Shown: positions 38,601 to 62,068 of the stretch, piece by piece
Layout: each line of letters begins with the position of its first letter
How positions within the stretch are numbered: the first letter of the stretch is position 1
Made by a program: the position numbers and the translations under genes
Assembly (NCBI GenBank): GCA_043228905.1
Contig: JBHGNT010000001.1
Span: 35,774,001-35,838,000 of the forward strand
Source of the DNA: Azolla caroliniana
Lineage: Eukaryota; Plantae; Polypodiophyta
DNA: 64,000 nt
Direction: 5' to 3'
Notes under the pieces: generated by a model
Seen by the model: only the letters and a program-made list of their open reading frames with translations
What the model was told of the DNA's origin: nothing
Database searches by the model: none

Positions 38601-39897
38601 TCGCACAACTCCTTGATCTTTAAGGTATAGCCGGTGAATAACAATCGGCAACGGTTTGGTTTGAACCGAACCAAACCGATAAACCGTGGTTTAACGGCTT
38701 AACGGTTTCAACAGTTCGGTTTGGGTTTAGGTTTTTATTGACAATTCGGTTTCAACAGTAAAAAACTGCGGTTTAAACGGTTTAACGGTTTTTTGTTTTT
38801 TATTTTTATTTAAAAAAAATTTAAAAATTTAAAAAAAATTCTAAAAATTCTAAAAATTGTTTTTAAACAATCTTTTCATTTTTAGACCTTATTCTCACAT
38901 TTTAGGAACATCTTAAAAATTTTAAAATTTGACCTACATTGAAAACCAAAACCGAACCACGAAATTGCGGTTTTTACGGTTTAATGGTTTAACGGTTGGA
39001 AAATTGTTTAACGGTTCGGTTTAATGGTTCGTGGTTTGGTTCAAGTTTCAAAAAATTTAAACGGTTTGGTTTGGACCCTCTCAAACCAAACCAAATCGTT
39101 GTCGATTGTTACCGATGATCGACATGTCCCTCTGTTGCATGTTGTTTAGCTCCTGTTGAAGTTGGAGCTTTCATGCAGCCGTGTTGGCCGCAAAAATCTT
39201 CTTGAGATTTCCCCAAGCTTCTTTCGATGTTTTCGAATCTCGAATGTAGCCAAGCATATGATTGTGGATGCATGATGCAAGGGAATACAACACACGGCTT
39301 GGAGCCTGCTCCCAAGCGGGATAGTCGGCGTGTGTTGGGTCGAGTTGAGTTTCATGCACTCCTTCAATGTAGCTCCAGTAACCTTGTCCGACAAGGTATT
39401 GATGCATCTTGTATTCCCAAGATGCGAAGTTCGTTCTGTCCAGCTTCTCGGTAGGAAGAGTGCTTCCCATTTGAGTGTTCATTATGTCGATTTCTTCTCT
39501 ATTGATGAGTCGGTTTTGTTGATCGTCAGCGTGTACCACAACATAGTTGAATAGATTCGATTAAGCAACCATATGCTCTGATACCATGTAAAGAAGTGAG
39601 GAGCAAGAGTGGTTGAGATGCAGCGGAAGGATTGTGTGTGTGTGTGTGTGTGTGTATGTAAGGCAAAAGAGAGAGAGAGAGAGAGAGAGATAGAGAGAGA
39701 GAGCTTGAGACAGAGATAAAAGACTGTATATTACATTAACCAAAATACTTCCAACAGTAACTAAGTTACAAGGGGTTGGTTTAAATACCAACTAAACTAG
39801 GGCAGGTGCTGTTTCTACTATTTACAAAACTAGCATGGTATAACCATGAGCTAGTGTGAAACCTATTACTATGGGAAGTTGAGTTTGACTCTCAACA
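35675..39897 (-). mobile_element. Truncated, degenerate Ty1/copia LTR retrotransposon (5' LTR 39897-39587; 3' LTR missing)
   Basis: LTR TGTTGAG..TTTACA followed by the tRNA-iMet PBS TGGTATCAGAGC (39586-39575). Gag (TEKLDRTNFASWEYKM), zinc knuckle CEYCGKHRHHEEEC, protease WFVDSGASNHMT, GAG-pre-integrase/integrase (CEACQ, VHSNVWGP, SDGGKEY), RT (KARLVAKGYAQ, LYVDDL), RNase H (STEAEY, TKHIEVHYHFIRE, ADIFTKAL). Order PR-IN-RT-RH is copia. Frameshifts, stops and an internal integrase deletion near 37140. Confidence 0.95.
38639..39111. mobile_element. hAT-like MITE (473 bp) nested in the copia gag
   Basis: ~25-bp TIRs taacaatcggcaacggtttggtttg / caaaccaaatcgttgtcgattgtta (2 mismatches), many AACCG/CGGTT subterminal motifs, an AT-rich core, and a degenerate 8-bp TSD ccggtgaa/ccgatgat. 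Removing the element and one TSD restores gag DMSI(T/I)GYTLKIKE. Confidence 0.85.
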
Positions 39898-40424
39898 ACT
39901 TGTCCATGATCTGAAGGCCGTATTGCAAGGGCTCTTTTCGACTACATTCACTCACGTGGAACATTGTCAAATGAGGCTGTTAGATATTCATACACACTCT
40001 ACCTTGAAACAAAGTTAAGCTACCAAAAAATGAAGAGGAACTTTGAGATTGGAATAGACCTAAGGCACTTGGATATCAAACAGGACATTTCCCCAAGGTT
40101 TGATCAAGAGATCAAACTTCCCACACCATTACATAGGGGATATGATATTGCTCGTCCATGATCTGAAGGCCGTATTGCAAGGGCTCTTTTCAACTACATC
40201 TACTCACGTGGAACATTGTCAAATGAGGCTGTTAGATATTCATATTTTCCTTGTATAGATTGACATGTGCAAGGCCTAACTCATAGGAGTTATCAAATAA
40301 ACATTCCTTTGCAACGTACACACATGTTGGGGTATCCTAGACAGACACACCATGACAAAGCAATACATTTCTCAATATCGAGAATAGTGAGGCACTAGTT
40401 GATATGATCACGAAGGTAAAAGCG

Positions 40425-41082
40425 TGGGCCTTAAGTCACACCAAACTACCGGCTGATGCGTTCCTTTTGTGATTGTTAATGTGATCAAATCTCGTGGTTT
40501 CGGAGAAGGTCTCAAAGTGTGAAACCAACAAAATGAAGGAAGGAGGAGATGGTTCCTTATTATACCAACATATACGAGGAATTGGGGTCCTTTTTTTTTA
40601 CATGGGCCTTGTAAGCTCTTCTTCTTCTCCTTCCATCGATTGCTTTCTGGTTCCGTGAGTTTTCCTCTGCATTGCCTTCTGAATTTTTTCACAGGTGAGG
40701 CTTCCCACGCATTCTTTCTTTCTCTTATTTTTCCTGGTAATTCTTCGCATGTCCTTGAATCTTTACTCCCTGTTGGACGAAATACACAAAGAAGACTAAA
40801 GGAAATGTTAGTAGAACCAGAAATGTAGAAAGAGTTAGGATTTATTCTCTTCAATCGTTTTTTTGTTTTTGCACAAAAAAGTAAGAAAAAGAGTTTTTTT
40901 TAATTCTCTTATGTAAGAGTTTAGATGGGTGCAATTTCTAGCCTTCTATCACAGGTTTTAGAAGAATTATCATTCAATGCATTGCTAGACCGTTTTGTGT
41001 TAGAATTTGGTGATGAGTGAGATTATTGCAGCAGAAGTTCGTGATGAGAGCGATGATGGAGACAGACATGGATAAAACCCTA
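40425..41082 (+). promoter_or_regulatory. Putative PRP28 proximal promoter/5' leader with site II elements and a telo-box
   Basis: TGGGCC at 40425-40430 and 40603-40608 (both retained in copy A at ~21177 and ~21350), a pyrimidine-rich leader, and AAACCCTA at 41075-41082. This combination is typical of plant housekeeping genes. Confidence 0.45.
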
Positions 41083-41843
41083 GAAAATTAGATCATAGGG
41101 CTTTATATAACTGGCATACATTGCGTTTGAGCTCACAATTCAAATGTTTTGGATGGAAATTTGAGCTCTCAAGGAACAAGCAGAAGGATACTTAACTTAC
41201 AGTTTGACATATTAAAAAGGCCACAGACACGCATACACATTTGATTTTGAGTTTTGCAGCATTTAAGTATTCCTGGGGGTGAGGGGAATTAGTGACAAGT
41301 TTTCTATCAAATAGAGAAGAAAAAGATCGTAAAAACCGTCGTATGAGAGTGCTCATTGTATAGTACATCATGCATCTCATATCCATGCATGAAAGTGTAA
41401 GAGGTCACAGCACACTTACACTCTATACATTGTGGGTGTTATAAATAATGTTTAGGAACACATTCTTTTTCTGAGATTGAAGTCTTCTTTTCATCTAGAA
41501 AATACCACAATTTCATGGGATATATGTAGAAAATCTATGTAATTTCTATTACGTTTTGTTTCCTCAACAATCAACCTACGAAGTTCTAAAAACTAATTTG
41601 ACATTTGGGTATTCTACTAACATAAGAGCCTTTTTTTTAATGATTGAGCATACACCAAATATCTGATAGTAATAAAAAAGGATGCACAGGTTAGGTGGTT
41701 TACAATACTAGTACATACCACGAGAAAATTGGACACAAGCTAATATGTTGAAATATGTAATGAATTTGAATTCCTAGAAATTCTCTACATCAAACTCTTT
41801 AAATCCATCAAAATTGAATTCTCCGAAGAAGGAAAGATCAGAC

Positions 41844-54332
<12,489 letters not shown>

Positions 54333-57213
54333 AGATGTTACCTTTTGTGTACAAGACATGAAAGCCTCAATCCTCAAATCAGGTGAGGGACACATTTCCA
54401 AATTTGAGTTTCTATGTGCGCTTGTAGATGTCACATTTCTGGAAAGGATGAAAGTTGATAACCGTTTATCTCACATTGATGTGCAGGTAGCATCCTGGAT
54501 CCACTAACTCGCAGAAATGATATGGTGTATACACAGAAAAGATGTTGGCTTCTGCATAGTATTGTGTACAAGTATACATATCCATGAATAGAACCCATGA
54601 TGTGGTGTGTGCACGCTAATGATTTTGCCTTTTACATAGTATTGTACAAGTATATATATAGGAATAGGTGAACCGTTTGGTCAGGTTGCATTCATCTAAA
54701 TGGAAATGTATGCACATTATTCCACATCCTTTTGCACATGTGAGCAAGCAGTCATTCACATTGGCGTTTCTTCATCTCTGTTTTGTATTTGTTTGGCCAA
54801 AGTGATCATTGTAACATTATGATGCATTCTTCCATTTCGGCATTTGAATTCTCTTGCAATTGTTTGAGAAGATTTGAACCATAATTTTAATGATGTTTGT
54901 TAGAGTTGGCATGTGCATCATCTTTTCTTCATGTAGCTTAAGGGACAGTGAACAGGTAGAATTTTGATGGAACTCATGTCCCTATAATGTCAAAAAGAGA
55001 TGAAAGATAGAAGCATGTAAATATAATGAAGTAGAAAACCCTTCAAAATACTTAATGGACTTCTCACTTCTCCTTCACCGACTTTAAGTTTCCTTGGATT
55101 TTCTTCAGTCAAATCTTAAGATGTGAGAGACTTGTGTAGAGTTTTGTGTGAAGTGGTCAACACTGTGTTGGCCATGTAAAACAATTTACACCTATTCATA
55201 CGTGGCAATATGTTGGACATTGTCTCAAGTTTGTCCAACACAACTTTGGTCTAAATATAAGAGGTGGACTCGATGCATCAGTACTTGAGGACATCATAAT
55301 ATATTTTGCTATACCATTTCGGTCATTCACCCACAGAATAATGTTCTACTGTTTGTAAATTTTGTGTAGTTTCAAATGTGGTGGTGGATGGGAATGAAAA
55401 TTGAATGAAGGGAGAAATGGAAGTTGTGAATGACATAAACAAAATGTAAATTTTGTTAATAGTATTTTGGATTGACGATTGGTTCTGGGTTTGAAATTCT
55501 ATATAATGGTATAGCCATCGTGGAATGAAGATGGGTACATTCATCTCTGATAAATTCAGCCGGGCAAGCTCTGGTAATTTTCAATTGCTCTTTGGCTAGC
55601 ACCACTAAATCTATTGAGCTTGTGGGAGTGTACATAGACAAACAAAGACAACCTAAGCTTGGCAATCTCTTGGTGGTATGACACACTTGAGCTTGAAGGA
55701 CCATGTTGGGACATTAAGTTGAGATGTTAAGCTCAATTTTGTGAGTTTGTGTTTAATTTATGTGGATGTAATTAAAATCCATTCACACACTCCATACGTT
55801 AACTTTGTAACTCCAAGTGTGAAGGAGAGAGTAATTGCAATTTAGTGAGAAGGAAATGCTATGTAAAGAACCCCCCAATTGTTTGTTTTTGACTAATATT
55901 AAGAGAGCATAAAGATGTGGACTACAATTGTTTCGTTAATTGTGCAACCTTTGTATAGGTAGTGATGTGATTTTTAGACTTCCTCAAGCTCATGGTTAAG
56001 GGCTATATACTCCAAAGAGTTGGAGAGCTTATTATTTATCAATTAAACCTAAGTTCAAATGGAGGAGAATACACCTTCAAATATGGACCTTCCCCTTAAT
56101 TAGTCATTGTGGAGAGTCATGGAATAAAAAATAATGTTATATCATGATAGTGGCACATTTTTACTCTACTCGTGAACTTTTATACTATAGTACAAAAAAG
56201 GGATTGTGTGAAGCGTGGACATTTAAACATTCATGTCATACATTATTAAGTAACTTTGAAGTCATTGGGCTCTAGTAAAAAGGCAAATACCGACATAACA
56301 CACGACACACAACTTAGGGGAAGGATGCAATATTTTTTATTTCCTTGCCGAAAATAATAAATTAGCTTAACATCCTTGAAAGGCGAGGAGCTGCAAAAAG
56401 GTTGATCAAATTCACATTATTCAATGATGATAATGCCACAACTATTATAAATTAAGCATGATTCACGAGAAGGCCGGCCTCTAAGAACTCAAAGTCAAGC
56501 CTTCCATTTTGTTTGTAGACTGACTACTCTTGGTGTTCTTTGGTTCCCATTACCCAATACTAACATAAGCATGGGGACTTTCATAAGTAAGTGGTGTCCA
56601 CCACCCCCTATGTTTTAATCCTATACTTTTAGTTGCCTTTTCTTTTCATTAATTATTAACATAATCACCAAAGCCTCAGCCTTCCCTTTTACCAACACAC
56701 CTCGAAAGACTTTTGGTTTTAGCTTTGCTTCTTGATACTTGTTAGTGTCACGTATCAAATATCTCGCAATATTCTTTCTACTAGATAGTTACAATTTACC
56801 ATCCTATCCTTCCCATGTAACTTTTGGCAATCGATTTTTCCCATTAGATTAAGATCTCACAGACAACCCATTCTTCACATTTATATGCTAGCATTGAATG
56901 CTTGCTTCATCGATCATGTTGCTGATGACATCAACTGCTGCTTTTTTGGATTTGATAAATTCTATCAATCACATAATATGCGCCTAGCAGAATATACTTT
57001 CCAAAGACTATTCTACGTCGTATCAATCACATCGTATACATTCCTTTTGTATTTGGATACTACATTAGATCTTGACAAAAACCTCATGACAATGATGGAA
57101 GACTTAAAGTACTAACAAATATAGATTCATCCATAATGTCTCAAACTCCATAGTGTTATAAATGACAAGGTTGTAATTGTACTATTATATAATCCTATAT
57201 ATATATCCTAGAC

Positions 57214-57217
<4 letters not shown>

Positions 57218-57287
<70 letters not shown>
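57218..57287. repeat. (GA)n(GT)n microsatellite
   Basis: Read directly from the sequence. Confidence 0.95.
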
Positions 57288-57288
<1 letters not shown>

Positions 57289-58406
57289 TGAGGATCATTA
57301 AACTTGAAAATAAACTAGTTATTAGGTTATTCAACTAGCTAATGCATTGAACATGATACAATAATACCCCATACCACCAAAACTAATATTTAGGCACATG
57401 ATTCATGTCCAATTGTGTCACCAATAAGAGAAATATAGAATTAAGTAGCTACTCTTGAACATCCATGAGGTAGCCTTTTGTTTGACATCAACATGTGCCA
57501 AAAATCTATTACTCTTCAACGTCCATCATGTTCCTTCAAACAATGGAAGATTGAGAGTTTGTATATGAGATGATGACTAGACTCAAACATCTAGATGACA
57601 TCAACAGAGTTGTGATTTCAACAAGCTCAATGCTAGCTTGGTATGTTCCATAGTGATATGATGACAAGCTAAGAGATGAACAATATTTGTTGTTGACAAT
57701 GTGAGTTAAAAATATTCTAGTTTTGATCATTTGGACATTGAGGGCATAATTAAAACTTTAGGTAGGTCATCAACAAGTCTACTTGGGTACATAATGAGGT
57801 TTTACCCCTTTGGATCGTCCTTAAAGTAGTGACCAATCATAAATAGCTTGATGCAATTAGACACTAATCTATGTCACACTCTCATCCAACGATCGATTGA
57901 CACGCAATGCTATGCATCAACAATATAATTACAATAAACATGTAGGATTCACATAGAAGGACCACGTGCAAGAAACGAGGTTTTACTGAGCTAGAATACA
58001 TCAACAAGCTTTTGTGATAGCAATGCTACATATGTGTGTATGAGAGAGAGAGAGAGAGAGTGAATCAAGGATTCCTTCCATAAAACAACGTGCTTACCAT
58101 GTTTAAATAGTAAGTAGAGTGCATAAGGTGGGGTCCAAACATTGCACTTTTTTTGGGTGTACATGATGTAGCTAGAATACCACATTATTAACTAACTAGG
58201 TGCTTGTGCATTAGAGGAGTACATGATTTAACTAAGTATAGTAGAGGACATCGGTAACTAACTAGCTAGCGTGAGTGAACACAACGACTCATTGAACAAA
58301 AGCTCGGCATTCAGTGGCCGGCCGGCCAAAATGTGATGGATTGGCATTTTGGCTAAGCCCATGGCATGGGCTTCTTCTTTTCTAATCAAAGGAATCAAAA
58401 CAGAGG

Positions 58407-58409
<3 letters not shown>

Positions 58410-58487
<78 letters not shown>

Positions 58488-58503
58488 TAGAGAGAGAGAG
58501 AGA
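58410..58503. repeat. (GA)n(GT)n(GA)n microsatellite upstream of the RGF-like gene
   Basis: Read directly from the sequence. Confidence 0.95.
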
Positions 58504-58716
58504 AATTGAGAACAATAATTCTCTTCTTTCTTTTTCTCTTTCTTGCTTTTTCCTTTTTCCTATTTCACTCATGTTGGGAGGGGAAGGTATTAAAGGGATA
58601 AGCCCTGAAGATCAACTAATTATTCCACCAATTTATCCTCTAACCACCAACTAATTATGCTACTAATCTAATCTATTCACCATTAAGCCTGCATACATAC
58701 ATTTATTTATGCACAA

Positions 58717-59723
58717 ATGTATGTCTTTATCATGCACAATCTGCCTCATCATCATCATCCACTCCCCATAACTCTACAGCTGACTATCTGCATCTCAGCT
58801 CTCCTGATGATGATCACCAACACTAATGAGCTCATGATGATGACACATGCAGCTTCGGCTCAAGCAGAAGCTCCATTAATTCATGGTAACCCTCAAGCCT
58901 CATGCATCACCGTCTTAATCTGTATATTGTTTGGGTGAATCCTCTAGACTAGGCGTTCGTCTTTTGCTAAATAAATATCTGAAGAAGAAGAAAAAGAAAA
59001 AGAAAAAGAAGCAAAAACACTTGACCATCGGATAGATTAGTTAATTAAATTTGGATGAGTTAATGGATTAAATATTTCATGATTTGCACTGTGCAGCTCA
59101 TAACTCCTCGATTGTCGACGCCAATGCCAATAGTGCTGCCATTTCAATCCATCATTCTGCGCAGGCTCTAACTCCTCGTCATCTGGTAATTCAATTTAGC
59201 TGACCACACAGAAGAGAAAAGTAGATTAATCAATTTCCAAGATCACAAAAGTAATTTTCCCTCTGATTCCGATGCTAGTTACAACTGATTGCAGGATAGT
59301 GGTGGTGATGGCAATAAACATCAGAATAACGATTGGGCAGACATCACTACCATCATCGATATCCAAGTCAGCGACAAAAACGCGATGAATGTTCAGATAA
59401 TTAGTACTGGAATCGATGGGAAGGGGAAGGCGATACTCATTGATGGGGGTAAGTACTCAAAGACAAACTGTAGTAGTAAGTCTAAGAAGCGTGGTGGCCG
59501 CCATGGCCATGGCCGGGTGCAAAGGAGAAGAAGGTTAAGAAGAAGTGGCGGTTTTGATCACCATGTTCTTTTTCGACTAACTAGAACTACTACCACTACT
59601 CAGAAGAAGGCTCATGGAGGAGGAGGAGGAGGAGGAGGAGGAGGTACTAATGGCGGTGGCAATGGCGGCCTCTTCCACACAGATTACAGCTCCCCTCACA
59701 CTCACCCACCCCACCACAACTAG
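58717..59723 (+). CDS. RGF: RGF/GOLVEN/CLEL-family secreted sulfated peptide precursor (~228 aa, 3 exons)
   Basis: Exons 58717-58885, 59097-59185, 59295-59723 (GT-AG, phases 1 then 0, open frame). Hydrophobic N-terminal segment (ITLQLTICISALLMMI). C-terminal 13-mer DYSSPHTHPPHHN* matches the RGF consensus DY-x6-PPxHN (Arabidopsis RGF1 is DYSNPGHHPPRHN). Confidence 0.88.
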
Positions 59724-59998
59724 CTCAGAAATTATTCACAACTTATATTATGACTTGTTACAATCACACTTTAGGGAATGATCTTTCATAGAATCAATCA
59801 AATTTTTACAGTATAACCAGCTAATTAGATATCTCTATAATTTGCATATAGCTAGCTAGCAAGCTCAATGAACTCAATTGTAGCCCAGCTAGGTAGCTAT
59901 TGTTAGCTAAATTAGAAAGTGTAGTTAGTAATAGGCTCAGCTTCAGCCAATTTTGGGTGTATAACCAACAATTATCATCATCAAGATTGATTACATAT

Positions 59999-60032
<34 letters not shown>

Positions 60033-62068
60033 TGTTATACTGTAATAAGATTGGTATGGTCTGGAGTAAAATTTTGTCAAAAGAATTAGTGTCTCTCCAA
60101 TTTATTGTTATCATTTGTAATTATCAATTAATGTCTCTCCAATTATATCTATGGTGACCATACCTTTGAAGAAGAGGCGGAGAGAGGGGGGGGGGGGGGG
60201 GGGGGTTAAGTCTAGAGACTTGTCTAACATGTAGGAGTTATATTAAGCAGATTTTAGAGTTGGGGAACATTGAGTCACCATCCTAGATGGTATTCTTATG
60301 TTGGCCATCCAGCAACATTGGTACCCAAGTAGTTGCTCATGAGGACATTACTAATAAATGCCCTTCTCCCAATGTTAATTTAGGACGAAGTTTTGCCCGA
60401 AAATGTGTCCCCTTACAATGCATGTACATGGACCATCGGAATTGGACAATCAAAAGATTGGATCTAAACCCATTGCATCCCCTAGGATGATGATGCCAAA
60501 GTACTACTCAAGGGACATTACTACTCAATTGTTGTAGGCCAAGCATAACATATCTCGCCTCATGCTTACATATGGTTTGTGCTTAAGCCCTAAAATAGCT
60601 TCAAATCAAATCACATCATTGTTAATAATTATCACTCATATGAATTTGTAATGTGGATATGATGATCATTCATTCAAAATGATCACTTATCTGGCAAATT
60701 CAAATAGTGAAAGAATGATTTGTTTCTAGCACCTAGCTTTCATCAACACTATATTAGTAGAGATTGGGTCAAGTAGACCAAAACATTTTCTATAACTATC
60801 CTTTAAGTGTTGCAAAATAGACCATTGGTTATAACAAGCTTGGAGACATCAAGTCAAATGGCCTTCCTCAATGGGGTGTTTGTCTTACATATTGGCAATT
60901 CAATATATCTAACTACTCATGGCTATAACACCACTCAATTTTGGTACCATTGTAGTGTTTTTCACAAATATTTATGATTGTGTTTTCACTAAAGAGAGAG
61001 AGAGAGACCCCAACTTGATGTCCCTAAGTTAGTAGGGTTGTCCAACATACACCAAGAGGTCATGCATTCAACCACATTCTACAATGGCATCTAGTAAATT
61101 AAGAAAAAGATGTATCATGTAATAATAGAGAGGCGTAAAAGTTGGGCCTTGAACCCAAGGCCTGGTCTAGAATCAATAGTTTAATGACTTAGCCCTATGT
61201 AAAGTAATTACTTTTTCACTAAATTGTAGTAGTGTAGTCTCTTTTTGTCATCATGGCTTTACATAGAATACAAAATATCCTTTACATTAACTACAAGACA
61301 AGGGAGCTACTTCGCTAAGAGCTATGAAGTTGTGACAAATGACTGTCTGATTGGATTTTAATGCGTACAAGTGCGCTCACTGCTTGTTTGCTTACATAAC
61401 CATTGGAATTAGGGAAACACAGTCAAAGACACCCCTTGCCAGCACCCCATAAACTGTTGCAATTATAAAATGCCTCCATCTAGTAGTGCACAAGTTATGC
61501 TTGCAGCACATCATTTTATAGTCATAAATCTACCTTTTGGTTCAGAATGGAAGTAGGACGAAAATACAAGGATTAAGGTAAATGTTCTGCTTCAGTAAAC
61601 AAATAAAAAACCATTTAATTATTAAATAACAAACCTTCATTTAATGATGAGAGTTATTTTGCAAGTGAGAACAAAAGTACAGAATTTTCTTGCAGAAACA
61701 AAAGAAGAATGAATAAGGGTGCAAAAATCTAATTCTACGATACCAAACTTAAAACATCATTTCTTCTAATTTCATTGTGATGCGCAAAAAAATATGCAAT
61801 TTATCTGTATCAACTGCCATCAATCGCTGTAAAATACAAAACTAGAACATCAAGGTCATTTAACGACTGCAAAATAGATCATTGGTTACTCATTGGAAAA
61901 ACATTGTTTGCTGTCCTTAAACAGCTAACTGAACCCAAATGTTGCATAGCAATTAAGATTATCTAAGGCAGTAACATGGTTCAGCTTCCCAAAGAACAAC
62001 GACCAAACTATTTGAATTTTAATAATGACTATTAAAACTGTCTTTGGAAATGTTTTATATTCCAACAT

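Noticed and set aside
60186-60205. Poly-G run (another at 6486-6503) as a G-quadruplex element
   Set aside because: A simple homopolymer with unreliable length and no supporting context.
61138-61200. tRNA-like GGGTTCAAGGCCC on the minus strand
   Set aside because: No cloverleaf or convincing A box; at most a decayed SINE fragment.
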